NCBI GenBank assembly: GCA_964016885.1
Contig: OZ024742.1
Location: forward strand, 84,134,001-84,198,000
Source: Eledone cirrhosa
Lineage: Eukaryota
Length of the DNA: 64,000 nt
Direction of reading: 5' to 3'
Below the pieces are notes generated by a model, which was not told where the DNA came from, ran no database searches, and saw nothing but the letters and a program-made list of their open reading frames with translations. The position numbers and the translations under genes are program-made. Below are positions 26,001 to 41,199 of this stretch, piece by piece (positions within the stretch are counted from its first letter, which is position 1; each line of letters starts with the position of its first letter).

Positions 26001-26470
26001 TTAGGATTGGTGCTCTGAAATAGAAGACCATACGCTATCGGTTTTAAAGTAGTGATTTTCGGCGAAAGAAGGGAGACAATCTAACAGTCTGTTTCACGCT
26101 GTTTGGCTATCATTAGAGCCACGCACCCCCTGCTTCCGCCGAAAATTATAGAAGCTGGATTCTTATAGAATTCCAGTTATAATCAGGAAGTGATTATACA
26201 GAGTGATTGCCGGTCCAGCAAAAATTAGGAATTAGGATTGGTGCTCTGAAATAGCGATGTATACATGAATGTATGTATAGTATATTTGGCAATATACTGT
26301 ACGTTTAATTAAAAACATTTAGAAGACCATACGCTATCGGTCTTTTCTCCCTTATTTCGCCGAAAAGAATTAAGTGACATTGTCACTACGTTAAAACCGA
26401 TAGCGTATGGTCTTCTAAATGTTTTTAGTTAAACATACGGTATATTGCCAAATATACTATACATACATAT
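26001..26470. mobile_element. Short element with direct and inverted segments, between (TA)n tracts
   Basis: 26271-26340 inverted at 26397-26466; ttaggattggtgctctgaaatag repeated; weak HHR remnant at 26080-26118 (minus). Confidence 0.6.
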
Positions 26471-26494
26471 ATATATGTATATATATATATGTAT

Positions 26495-26525
<31 letters not shown>

Positions 26526-26623
26526 GATTTTGAGTTTATGTTGGTTGTATACCAACACCTCAGTATGCAGCCTGGAGAACTCGACGAAGTGCGCAGGTTG
26601 GTTTGGTTACTCCGGAGTAGTGT

Positions 26624-27462
<839 letters not shown>

Positions 27463-27754
27463 AAAAACAAATAACGAAACGAAATTAAATTTCGTTTCGT
27501 TTGTAACTCACTTTTGTATGACTAACGCTTAAACAATTAAGTTAAAAATGTACACCCACATATGTATACTGAAATACTAGTATGCATATGAATACACACA
27601 CGTGTACATATGTAGATGTACCGAGTTTTTCACTGGACACTTTACTGTGAGTGTCCAGCTATTCTGTATGTAAACACACAGACAAACCGGTTTTTAGAGT
27701 CATACTGGTTTTCGAGGAAACACCTTTCCTCTATTCTCCAGAAAGCCAGACAGG

Positions 27755-27799
27755 AATATTGGACTAGTTTCGATGTTGTTACATCTCATCAGCAATATT
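27755..27799 (-). ncRNA. Minimal type I hammerhead ribozyme (family C)
   Basis: AATATTG-CTGATGA-GATGT-aaca-ACATC-GAAA-CTAG-TC-CAATATT. Confidence 0.9.
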
Positions 27800-28135
27800 T
27801 ACCTATCTTCCGGCATTTCTAGAGAATCGTAAAAGCACATATCGTTATATGCTTTTTCTATGAAAATTAGTAGTGGGCAGACTAATTTGCATAGAGCGTG
27901 AGTACGTACCGGTTCAGCGGAGACGATAAAAACAAATAACGAAACGAAATTAAATTTCGTTTCGTTTGTAACTCACTTTTGTATGACTGACGCTTAAACA
28001 ATTAAGTTAAAAATGTACACCCACATATGTATACTGAAATACTAGTATGCATATGAATACACTACTAATTTTCATAGAAAAAGCATATAACGATATGTGC
28101 TTTTACGATTCTCTAGAAAGGCCGGAAGATAGGTA

Positions 28136-28180
28136 AATATTGCTGATGAGATGTAACAACATCGAAACTAGTCCAATATT
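28136..28180 (+). ncRNA. Minimal type I hammerhead ribozyme (family C, inverted copy)
   Basis: same motif; predicted GUC cleavage after 28173. Confidence 0.9.
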
Positions 28181-28400
28181 CCTGTCTGGCTTTCTGGAGA
28201 ATAGAGGAAAGGTGTTTCCTCGAAAACCAGTATGACTCTAAAAACCGGTTTGTCTGTGTGTTTACATACAGAATAGCTGGACACTCACAGTAAAGTGTCC
28301 AGTGAAAAACTCGGTACATCTACATATGTACACGTGTGTGTATTCATATGCATACTAGTATTTCAGTATACATATGTGGGTGTACATTTTTAACTTAATT

Positions 28401-28799
<399 letters not shown>

Positions 28800-29004
28800 G
28801 GCCATCACATACATGTTTCCTTGTGGTTGATTCGATGACATACACGTATTCTGATGAGGTTGCAATTAGATCCAAAAATCGAATAAGGAAGTTTATTACT
28901 TTTTGAATTGCAGAGAAACTCGTATTTTCTTGCATGAATACATGTCTACATATTAAATATGAGTATATATCTAAACACGTTGTTGCAGTGCTTATTAATT
29001 AAAT

Positions 29005-31068
29005 AAATTCGTTCTTAGATTAATAGAGTTTTTACATTTAAGTATGAAAAAGATTTCCTCAACACACAATATGCAGAATCTAGATAAAGCTGTGTTTCGG
29101 TACGCGGGTGTTTTCGAAATTATTTACCAAGTTAATGAATAGTCCATATTCTTGCATTTTAATTTCCATATCAGGTTAGAAAGAGAAGTTGAAGATTTTT
29201 TATCAAATCTTTTGAAAGAGCATTTGTGATTATTCCAGCGACTTTTAAATTCTGCAGGAGTTGCACCTCCATAGTTAAATATATTATCACTGGTTTTGAC
29301 TGTACATTTTAGATCACGTCCTTATCTAAACACTTATTTTGTAAAGGACAGTTTGATTTAATTCTAGAGTTACATTTTTCAGAGTTGTTGTTGTTGTTCG
29401 GAAAGGTACTATTATGTTGGATATTGCTAGAGATATTACTGCTATTTTGGTTATTTTGGTTAGGGTTTAAATTTTTATTATTAATTCCATTTATATTTTG
29501 TGCTATGTTCATAGTAGTAGAGTAGGATAGTTTTATAGTATGTCTATTAAAGATTGAGTGGTATCTGTGGGCTTTAGGAAAACATTTATCTAGTGCTTTA
29601 AAGAATAGCTTTGCTAAATGTGTTTTAACGCTTAATGAGAATGGGGGTGGGTACCAAATAATATTTCTAGTTCTATTTCTTCTGTTAGTTTTAGAGTTTA
29701 AGTTAAATTTTTTATTATAATTATAATTAATAGTAGGGCTATTTGCCTTATTACTGTTGTCGATGTATTTAATCTTATTTATATAGCCTGCTCTATTTAA
29801 AGCTTCATTATAATATTCTGCCTTATCGTCAAAAATGTTTTTATTAGCGGAGATGCGTGAAAAACGTTGTTGGATAGAATTGGCAATAGTGTTCTTGATA
29901 GATCTAGGATGATTAGAGTTAAAACTTACATAATTTAGATTCTCATTAATTTTATGGAATGGATAGTAGAGCCCTGTGTTAAGGTTTAATGTTACGTCTA
30001 AAAAGTTTACAATTTTATAGTTATTCTCTATTTCTAACTTAAGGTTGTAGCTATTGAAGAATGGTATTAGGGATTTTCTTTTCCTATTAATTTCACAATT
30101 ACTATGATTTTCAATTAAAAGCAGCATATCATCACGATATAAACCACCGGTCATCTCTGGTATTTTTCTATGTAGTGTATTATTAATAAGATCCGTTATT
30201 TGCGCCGAGTCTGATGATCGCATTGTGATATCAAAATTATTTTTTCTATCGGCTCTAGTCCAGAGATGATTGTTGAATTCAATTAAAGTTTCCGTGCTGT
30301 TAAAATGATATGCATTTCATCGCTAGATAGATCCGTATGTTTAAAAGCATAGATAAGAGCTTTATTAAGTAAATTAGGGGTAATAGAGGAGTAGTAGTTT
30401 GCAATATCCAATTGAATGGATTTTTTGTTATGTTTAAATTCTATGTTATTGAACCAATCTATAACCTCGTTAGTACCGTTCCATAGTTTTAGGTAAGATA
30501 TTTCTTTAAGTTGCGGTATGATTCTATCTAATATATATTTACTAACTATGCCTAAGTCTGATTTAGATGGTGCTATAAGTCTGACTGGTAGTTCTATTTC
30601 AAAGTTTCTTTTGTGGTCTTTCAGGTTAATTTTCGGTCTTCTAGGTATAAAGGGTTCGGTGCTATTTTCGATGCCCAATTTATGAATTATTTCAGAAGAT
30701 TCTCTATTACCATTTCAAGATCTTCATTAGTTGTTATTTTTAGTTTTTCCTTAGTTCTTTCAATATAAGGTTATTGTATTCGTCCTTTTGCATTCCGTAT
30801 AGATTGTTAGTTTTGTCAGATTTTACGAAGATTTTCTCAGTTTTTTAAAGATTGTCTATATTATTCTTAAGGCCTTTAAGGTATTCTTGGCCTGCAAATT
30901 GGTTTTTCTTGAATTTGATGTTTTGTATAATCGATATTATTTCATTTTCAAATTCCATTAATAGTTTGTTGTTAGGTGGATTTTTCTTTGATTTGAAGAT
31001 CATATCGAAGTTGTAACTGGATTTATTTGTTTTTTCATCTGATTTTCTATCGAAATGGAAGGCATTAT
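29005..31068 (-). pseudogene. Naiad-like PLE RT + GIY-YIG ORF, disrupted
   Basis: KSDKTNNLY; LKDHK..VRLIAPSKSDLG; IQLDIANYYSSI; GLYRDD; VNFLDVTL; SNHP; IIWYPPPFS; KLSYST; CPLQNKCL; FKSRWNNH. Confidence 0.9.
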
Positions 31069-31464
31069 TTATTTATTTATTTATTTATTTACTTATAACA
31101 GAAAATATTATATTATAAATGAATTTAAAAAAACTAATAATCGTAAATACCCGTACTATTAAGATATATACTTAGAATATATTTCCCCCAAATTAACGTT
31201 ATATGAGTTTTATTCATCCTCTTGTTTATTTCTTCTCTCTGTCTATCTATCGTACTATTTTTTATCTTTCTCCCCTCATATTTTCTCTCTCTCTTTCTCC
31301 AGTGTCATTTAAATAAACGATTGTTTTTTCAATTATTTACATATTCATTTGCATATTCACACATAAGTTTGAATAATCCCTAATATATTTCCACTATCCA
31401 GTGAATTTCCAACCGATAAGGTATGATTTTCATGGGTATGTCTCTATTTATAAAACAAACTTTG

Positions 31465-31528
31465 TATTTTATCTGATGAAAGCGTACCAATGTTGTCTTG
31501 GTACCCTTGAAATATATATAATAAAATA
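31465..31528 (+). ncRNA. Type I hammerhead ribozyme (family F pLTR)
   Basis: TATTTTAT-CTGATGA-AAGCGTACCAA..TTGGTACCCTT-GAAA-TATATA-TA-ATAAAATA; perfect 8-bp stem I; element ends at (TA)n 31573. Confidence 0.8.
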
Positions 31529-31567
31529 AATATGGTTTTATAAATATAGTTTCCATTTATTTAATAT

Positions 31568-31645
<78 letters not shown>

Positions 31646-31958
31646 GGTTCCAAGTTTGCAAATCCGAAAGCGTCACTTGCTGAGTAGTTAGTTACTATGG
31701 TGATAGCTATCTGTTTTCCACACACATTTTCTCTCTTTGTATTGTATGGCTATACATACTCAAACCTTATATATATATATATATAACGTGGAACTACTTC
31801 TAACATTCCTTTTGCGCTGCTGTATCCTATATAAGCGTCTACTGCATGTGCATTTACACTTGTTGATTGAATGGCCATGTGGTGGTAGATTTGCGTCTAG
31901 TAAGACATCGACGAGTGAACAGATGATGGATCTGATGTATTTATGGTATTATTTCTCT

Positions 31959-32142
31959 TTGGCAGTATCGGTAGAGGGTCCGACGCCATGCTTTGCAGCA
32001 TAGAGTTACGCCACTTTACGGTCTGAGTTCAAATCCCATCGAGGTTAACTTTGCCTTTCATCCTTAAAGGGTCGATAAAATAAAGTACCAGTAATGCACT
32101 GGGATTATTGCTGGCCTTGTGCCAAAAGTAGAAATAATTATT
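31959..32142 (+). mobile_element. tRNA-derived SINE, near full length
   Basis: tggcagtatcggtagag A box, gagttcaaatccc B box, shared core and tail. Confidence 0.9.
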
Positions 32143-32500
32143 TCGCTTTGACTCTGAAACATTTGTATAGACTACAGGAATCCGTTTTCACCACATTTAT
32201 GTAAGTTTATTCGCTTACTATCCGATTTTCTTATGTCATTGTTTTTATATATATACGCATGTCCTTATATACATCCTGTCTAGACAATATATACTGATGT
32301 ATTATTTTATTACTGTTCCTAAAGAAATTAAAAATAAAAATAATTAATTTAGTACAGTTGGCTTAAGGACCTAACGTTGAGCTAATTCTAGCACTGCTGA
32401 TGATCTGTAAAATTGCCTGGCAATACGATTCATATTTTATGTATTGAACAAAATAATGTATGCACACACATACACACAGACACACAGACACACACACACT

Positions 32501-32531
<31 letters not shown>

Positions 32532-34526
32532 GCACACACGCACACAGACACACACACACACGCACACGCACACGCACACACGCACCCCCCACACACATAT
32601 ATATATGCCTTGATATTAAATTTGTAGGACTATTCTCTTCAGTCAAAATATGGAGAAAGCTTATCAAGAGTGACAGATATAAATTACTAAAATGATTATC
32701 CCTTGACCCAGTCCGATATTGAATCATCGCCAACATTTTAACAACTATTCCTGTCATAACCTTTATTCTCGCTTCTCAGTATCGAATATTACGGTTTAAT
32801 TAGCCTGAAATGTATCGAAGAATTCTTTCACTCAGTTTCTAAAACTTGAGCATTTCTCTTACTGTCAGCAAAGCTTTCCAGCATGTCTGTCGTCATAATC
32901 TCATAGCTTAGATGTCGATCTGTAATATCTTGCTCTCACAATGTCTTCCAAGATCACTTCATTGTTGTGGTCTGTGGTCTATGGTCTGTCGGTTATTCCT
33001 CTAACACTCTTGCTTTTTTTTTATTCATTTATACTGTCAGATTACTTTTAACTGCTCACATGATACTACCATTCATTACGCATCCTTTCAAGAAAATGTA
33101 TCATTCGCACGCAGCCATTTGACCATTATATACAATGGGATTTTACTACAATAGCCTTTGTTCTTCTTAACATTGTTGCTGTGAACTACCTAACCTTATC
33201 ACAATCCAAACCTCTGGCTACTCCTTAGCGCATCCCTATAATCCAAGGAGTGAGAACCTAAGTTAGGAAAAGAAACGTGATCTTTATCAAATTACACGCT
33301 AGCATAATAAAAAAGAACCTATTGTATAGTGTAGTTTAAGGAATACTACGATTGTATGAAACATGGGATGTTATAAGTTAAAACGAATTTTATCGCATAT
33401 CTGCTTGATCAGCGTCAGCGCAAGGAAAAAAATAATAGTACACCATCCCTAATATGATTTATTTCACAAAGGAAAGTAGGAAGTTTACGGAAGTATTAAG
33501 AATACATATTCAAAGTGATGGCGTTTCTGAAATCAAATATGTGTTAGGGAATCTGTCAAGTGATGTAATGGAAGGGAAGTGATTAATAAATACGAAGCAA
33601 CACACCATTTTACAGTTTGTCCACGTTCAAACTCCATTAATATGAAATTTCCTATCCGTTGATGTTTACCATATAAATCTTCAAACGTAATATGAAATGC
33701 ATCAACATTCATCAATCTGAATGGGCTTCCGTGATGGATCCTGCAATCAAGATATAAATGGTGATGTATTCCGCATGCACATTTACAGTAAAAAGAATTC
33801 TCAGGCAGAAACTGTGATACGAAGCGACAAAACTGGACACTTAAATTACATACAAAATCAATATAACTGACTTCCACAGTTTCCGTCTAATGAATGTCAC
33901 TCACCTGCATATGTTGACCTGAGGTTAATGGTAAAAATACACTTTTCCACCTCTATTACTCTTTTCTGGTACCTTATTCTCCAACTTGAAACGTTTTCAA
34001 CTCTAGAATAATATAACTCTGTGCTTGTAAGTTTTTGTGATGCGACTTTTCAAAATGCTGAGCCATCGTGTAAGTCTGAACATTTGAGTCACTATGTAAA
34101 ATAAGACATTTGGCATTTGACATCAACTCGTAATAAGTTAATCTGTTATGTCATTTCTTTTCTTGCACCAACACATCAACAAGTACTGTATTTTTTTATG
34201 ATCAACACTTTGCGATCGAAATGGAATTTTCATAAGAGATTACAAACGTAACGTTTCGTTGTTTCGGTGTTTTTGTAAGACATTACCATGTCAGATATAA
34301 TCAGTTTATAGAGTGGGAGAAATAGAGAGAAATAGAGCGAAATGGAGAGAAAGAGAAAGGATGGGAGACAAAGGGAGAGAAATAAGAATCCACCCAGTAC
34401 CTGATAGCTTGATTTATTGACTCCGAAGAAATGAAATGAGAAGATGACATTAACATACACCTCTCGAATACTGAGGTTCATACGGTGATGCAGTAGAATC
34501 TCGCACTGTGCTGCAAAAGAAATATA

Positions 34527-34674
<148 letters not shown>

Positions 34675-35634
34675 ATTTAGGTACAAGCCGAAAAGGATTA
34701 TAATAGAAGGATATCATCCTTTTCACGAGGGCCTGTAAAAGGAGCACTTTAGTTAACAACTCCTTCGCCCTTATCTTCCATCTCACATGATATTTGAAAA
34801 AGTTGATGAGGAACTTTCCGGAATCTCAGAAAATATAATTCCCCAAAATGATTCCTCCAATCGATTCCACAAACTGTATCTTCAAAGTTCTAGAACGTAT
34901 TACTTAGCAATTTGAGTTTCGTTAGCTCAACGAATAATTGTGACTTTTCTTATATGATATTATCATAAGATAGCTACTATAAAACAATCTAACCAACGAA
35001 GGAACCTCTACATGATCGCTCGATCTGAGTAAAGAACCTAGAGTTTTAGAAAAGGACGGTCGCATTGAAAGTTATATTTCTAGATACACAGAATAAATGG
35101 AAGGATGTCAACGGATATAAAATACTCAACGGATATAAAATACTTTTGTAAATTAATCTGTTGAATCACGGTTACCACAAACAAATACTGTGAAAGTACC
35201 AACACTATCAACAGAACTATATTCAACACTGCCAAAACGATTACGGCATCACAACTGCCATCATCACAACCAAAGAATCGATAACAACACCAAAACCAAC
35301 ACCAACACCAACACTAACACCAAAACCAACACCAAAACCAACGCCAACACCAAAAACAACTTCAGTAATGCGAATGTCATCCACGTGAATTATTAATACC
35401 AACATTTTAATTTACTTAGAAATATATGGAAAACTTAACAAATGATATATTAACATCTAATCCAATTTACTCTTGTGACCATTGTATATAAATGTGATCC
35501 TAATATGACTTTGTATTTCTGCATCCTGTGTTTGTTTTGTTACACACACACACACACACACACAAACAAACACACACACACACACACACACGTACACAGA
35601 AACACACAGACACAGACAGATACACACACACAAA

Positions 35635-35696
<62 letters not shown>

Positions 35697-36579
35697 ACAT
35701 ATATATACATATATTTATTATATATATATCTCGAAAGATCTGCAACATTATTTTATGGGATTGCAGTTATTCAATTATTTAGTAATTTTTATGAATTTTG
35801 AAATAAACATCATGACCTTAGTTTGTGAGATGGTTGACCGATTCAATATTTTGGCATCAAATAGATTTTTCTTCAACGACCTCACAGCTGTTCACGTCAT
35901 CTAGATTGACTTGAAAAATCAATTTTATCTTCTGTATATGGCTTTTGGCAAAAAAACAGAAATTCTGCAAGTAGTTCGATTAAATAAGCCTGTTCGTACA
36001 TAGTTGGCATGGTGATAACAAAAGTTCGAAAATTGCGGTCTTTGAAGATAATAATAATGCTAATAATTCACATATAGATATTGATAATACATTTATGAAT
36101 AGCGCTATAAAAGAAGTTGATGATATTGATAATTGCGATAATGTTGATAATGATGTCGATGATGATGATGATAATGATAAGAGACGAGGAAGATGAGGAA
36201 ATACAAAGATATTTTCAACTACTGCTTTTTATATCGCTGTTCATGATTGTTACTGTTATTGTTGCTCTAAATATTGTTTATTTTTATCTTCCGTATTCGA
36301 TCCGACCTGATGAAACAGAGCTATGATGAATGGCGTTCAAGCATTGACCATCTCGTCTTAACAATTGCTCTCGGTATGGTGAACTAACTGTTGTGTAACC
36401 ACTTCTACCTAACTCGCCCCATAGACTGAGTGCTCTACCACTACGGATATTACCTTCCAGTGTTCTACCACTAAATATATATATCAAGGCGAAAGAATAT
36501 ATATCTACCTTGAACCAAGCTCTCCAGGACCTGCCAGACGTCTCAACGAAATGGGATGCCATGTAGCATGCCTGTCCAA

Positions 36580-37005
36580 TGACTTTGACACATCCGATGA
36601 CGGCGTCTACCTGCACACCAGATCAGACGGAAAACTCTTTAATCTATCATGGTTGCGCTCGGAGACTTAGTTGAGGAGGGTGATATCCAGGGAGATGCTT
36701 TCGGCTGGTGATGCGACCCTTGTGGGTCACTCTGAGGAAGCGCTCCAGAGACTGAGTGATCACTTTGCTGATGCTTGCAAAGAGTTTTGCCTTACTGTAA
36801 GCCCGAAGAAGACCAACATCAGTTCACTGGATGTCAATACTGCGCCTCAATCAAAATCAAAATCGTTGATGTCATTCAGGAAGCTGTGGACAACTTCACC
36901 TACCTCTAGTTTATAATCAGAAACACCCTTTCACTTAACGTTCAACCTGACAGGTGGCTTGGGAAGTCAAAGAACATCACGGCTAAACTAACTAAAAGGG
37001 TGTGA
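36580..37005 (+). mobile_element. RTE (BovB-like) LINE RT fragment
   Basis: GVYLHTRSDGKLFNL..REMLSAGDATLVGHSEEALQRLSDHFADACKEFCLTVSPKKT (decayed FADD region). Confidence 0.85.
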
Positions 37006-37889
37006 GAGAACAAGGCACTGGGAGAACAAGGCACTGGCAGATATTGTTGCTCATGATGACACTGATGCTGCTGCTGCCCCTGTTGATCTTCCCGGTGCAT
37101 TTGCTACTGTTGTTCTTGTCGAGAGTACTGGTATTGCTGTTTCGGTGTTTGTTCGCAGTTGAGGATTCGGTGTTGGTACAAATGGGGCATTTCCTCCCTC
37201 GCCATTGGATTAGGACAGAAAGTCTTTAAGTAGAATACGAGGCCCCGTATATTACACTGTGCTTTACTATACTCTACATTCATGGACAGATAAGTGCCGC
37301 CTTGGAGATCTAAAAGACTTAGCATGATCTTCACGCACTGCTGTTAGCTTAGATCAAGAGTTTCATCCCCATCTCAGAAAACAGGTTTTCTTTATCAACT
37401 TATAGAATTCAAGGATTCTCTAGCCCTCCTCTAAGTAAATCATAGTAACATAATTCTACAGTATCACAGAAACAAATAATGCTGTGACTACCCAAGGAAT
37501 GTGAACGTGCACATAGTGATGCAATATACTACTACTATAACTACTACAAATATTATTCGTATTAATAAAATAATAATGTAAAAAATTGAAACAAATGATG
37601 ATGAACATTTTGAAAGATAATTGTGTAGTACATTATTTTAGTCAAATTGTATTGCCTTTTCCTCATGCATGTTTTGTATTGCAAATACTCACACTATTAG
37701 TTGATTACCTGTCACAGATCAACACAAACGGAGAACATGTCAAATCATTGTCGCACAGAAACTCGTATCACTCAGCTCAATTTTGAAAAAGAAATTCAAA
37801 CTTTTACTTTTAATTTGATAAGTAGTATGAAACATGGAGTGTGCAATACCTTTTATCAGCACAATGAAATACATAGTTACCCACTTCTT

Positions 37890-39790
37890 CTTGCCGTATG
37901 ACATATGCATAATGGTTAGAGAGACATATCGAGATTGGTGAGCCAGACTAAGGCGTAATTTATAATTTCATGGCTTGCCCTTAGGGTGCCGGGAAAACGT
38001 GTGAGGGGGCAATCCTAAACAGCATACAGCACTGTCTGGTCAAGGTCCCCACATTCACATGCAGGGCCGTCTTTTATTTTCCATCGGTGGAATTTTGCAG
38101 ATCTGATTAACGGACACCAATTGTTTTCTAGTAAGGTCAAAGCCGGCTGATTTAGATGTCATTTTCTGGATGAAGTCTCGCCATCCTTGCTTCAGATCAA
38201 AGTTGTTGTTTTGTAAGGTCTTCATTGATTCCCAGAGTGAGTTGCTTGATTTCAAGTGCTTGTTGGGGAAGTTTTCCAGGTCCTCATGGATGGGAAGGTG
38301 TGGATTGGCCTTGGTAAGATGTGCTACCACGTTGATCATATCCTGACGCTGCATGTGACCTGGATCTATATGAGAACTGGTAGGCAGCCACTGAGTAGGT
38401 GTAGATTTCAGTGTGCCAGCTCCCTATCCAAACAGGTTAACAATGCTCTGCAACTGAGTATGCAAGTGCTAAGCACATAGTTTGGAATGTGTTGTATGCA
38501 TCAGACCTCCAACTGTTTCTTGGTAACTTGCTGATGATATTAATCCTGATCTTGAGCTTTCCAGCAACCCTCTCTAGTTGCTCTCAACAGGACAGGCTGC
38601 GATCCAATATTACTACAAAATATTTGGGGTTGGTTTATTGTTGACATGTTTACTGCAGAAGGAGACATTGACATTGGTGTTGAGACGTAGTCGGGATACA
38701 ACTGCATTAGCAGTTACTTTTGATAGCTGGTTCTGAACAGGAGATGCTGCATCAAGTTGCATAAGAAAATTCCATATTTTCCTACTAGAGTGAGTGAAAT
38801 CTAACTCTTCCACCGTTTCTTGCCAGCGTGTCCGTCTGGCTGAATCAAGAGAGTCTAAGAGTTCCTATTGGATCACCTGGGGCATCATAACTGTTGAGAA
38901 GCTCTTTACATTCTGTGAGTCAGCACAGGGCTTGAAATCGACTGAAGCCCCACGGGATGTGTTTCTTGGCATCGGCCTATGGAATCTTACAAATTGTAGT
39001 ATAATTTTTGGGAAGTGGTTCTAAGTTGATGATTTCTTCCCCACCTCTGAGGTGAAGGATTACCAATCAGCCTTACTGAAGTTCCCCCTTGCTAGTGGCT
39101 TGGATTGTACTACTGGAATCTTTATGCCAATGTGTATCAGAGCTGATCTATCTTGGCTTTGGGGAAGTTGAGAGGGTATCTTGCGAGAAGCCTGAACAGG
39201 ACATCCATTGATTGATATGGAGAGGTAGCAGAGGTCTGGGTTGTAATCCTTCTTCCAGCGACTAGAATAGAACGTGCCAGCTTGTTTGTCATCATGAAGC
39301 AGATAGCGGTCGCAGGCTGACGCCCGTGCCTCCAACTGTTCCCCAGCTTGGTTGTTTGTGGCATAGGCCCATACAAAGTAGTGGCTGTTGAAGGCACCAG
39401 CATGTAGCTCCGGTTGGGAGAGGACTTTCAAGTATTCTCCTGGGAGAGGGCCAAGTACTCCTTGGCGGTTTGTACACGTTAGAGATGATGAGATCTCCGA
39501 ATCTCACATTTACGATAAATATATCCCAACAGGATTCCTCAAGGACAGAAAATTCTGTAATAACATATCTGATGTAAGTGGCAACACCGTATTTCGAGCA
39601 ATGAGTTTGTACCCATTGACGCGAAGCGTAGAACAGCTCTGGACATCACCAATATGAGTTTCCTGTACTAATATGACATGAATGTCAAGACTCTTCCCTG
39701 TTTTAGCCAGGTAGTTGAATTTCACTCCCAACATATATTCTCCATTGTTCTGTAGGATACGTAGAATTTCCCGATGTATCGGGATCGTTG
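37890..39790 (-). mobile_element. Decayed Vingi/Ingi-like LINE (APE domain and remnants, RT largely deleted)
   Basis: VILVQETH; NVYKPP; AGAFNSH..W.Y; TFYSSRWKKDYNPDL; NFSKADW; VEELDFTHSSRK. Confidence 0.7.
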
Positions 39791-41199
39791 GTGCTTAGAG
39801 TCATGATCAAAAGGATTTTGACAACAAAGCAAGTTGATTGTACAAGTTGTGCATGCATCGAGCAATGCCATTAATTGGAATAAATTCAGTTACCTACTGA
39901 AAATTATGTCAATTTACATAAATAATCTTAACCTACCTCCGAGATGTACCATATAAAAGTAGGAACACGTATAAATGAACACAAAAGAATTAAGAATTAA
40001 GATAAATTCTACATATATACTTTACATTTTGCAAATACACACTAACCCTAAAACGACATTACCAAAGTAAACCCCTAAAATATTTGAGGGAAAATTAGCT
40101 CTGCTCTAAAAGTAGCTTCGGATTCCAACATAGTAATTTAAAAAGAAAAAAAACTATTAAGAGAAAGAAAAGAAAAGAATTTCAGATATAGAAAATAAAA
40201 CATCAGGAAAGTAAGAATGCGTAACTAAAATACAAACAAGGGAGAAAAAATCAAACAAAAGAATAATGTTGAATATGATAATAATCTGAAGGTGGAAATA
40301 GTTGAAGAAATATAATCGATGGAAGATGGTCCTATGGACCAAAGAAATACCATCACTAAAGATAAAACTTAACGATTATATTGAAAGAAGTAGACCTAAT
40401 GGAAACAGATGTAGACGTCAATATCACTATAGATATAATATATACAGTAGTTACTGTAGTTACAAAGAAAAGTGAGTATTCCCTCAGATCTACTCATACA
40501 GAAACATCAAAAGCCAAACAAGGCGGAAAACTAATATATGGAATCAAATAAAATAAAATAAAATAAAAGATCTCTCACTCATTAATGAAATCGATAACGG
40601 AAACACAAGTAAAGATAGGAATGGTAAATAGTACAGAATATATAACATTACAGAATATATTATACTACAGAAAAATATCATTTCCATGGGAGAGGCCCCA
40701 GCCTGGCTGCAGTCTAATGAGTGAAACCAGTAAAAAAAGAAAGAAATAAGAACTACCCGAAACAAATTATAGCCTGAGGCAAACATTCTTACTAGACTAC
40801 AACAAATCTGTCGTTATGAAGGCGACAATGATTACTCTACAAAATAAAATATAAAGCCAAACGTATCAACATCAACAACAACATCAGTAGCAACAACTGT
40901 AATAGCAACAACACCAAACGACTCTCCGACTCTTATCTCAAAAAATCTTTTTCAATAAAATTGAAATCAATGCATCATCATCAGCAGCTGAAATTTAATT
41001 TTTTGGGTTGAGAGTTGGGAAAATGGACAGCAAAAGGATCATGTTGAATGATAATTTTTAAAGCAACAAGTGTGGCACTTGAATAATTGAGGAGAACCTT
41101 ATCTATGCAAAAGTCATCACAAGGGAACACTAATAATAATAATAATAATAATATAATAATAATAATAAAAGAAAACAAAAATGAACAACTGGAAAGCAC

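Larger units (their letters stand above)
27463..28400 (-). mobile_element. Family C retrozyme-like element: 1.3 tandem 465-bp units plus inverted copy 28061-28400, in (TA)n
   Basis: period 27462/27927; mirrored ORFs 27616+ and 28113-; octamer 27885-27892; HHRs. Confidence 0.85.

Noticed and set aside
27616-28319. Duplicated 68-aa ORF (and the 71-aa ORFs at 2617 and 3048)
   Set aside because: Products of repeat duplication; the frame is not kept in the 47596 locus and no domain is recognisable
28845-28890. CTGATGA hammerhead candidate
   Set aside because: GAAA and NUH are missing; at best a remnant
31959-32040. tRNA gene
   Set aside because: A and B boxes belong to a SINE head; no complete cloverleaf
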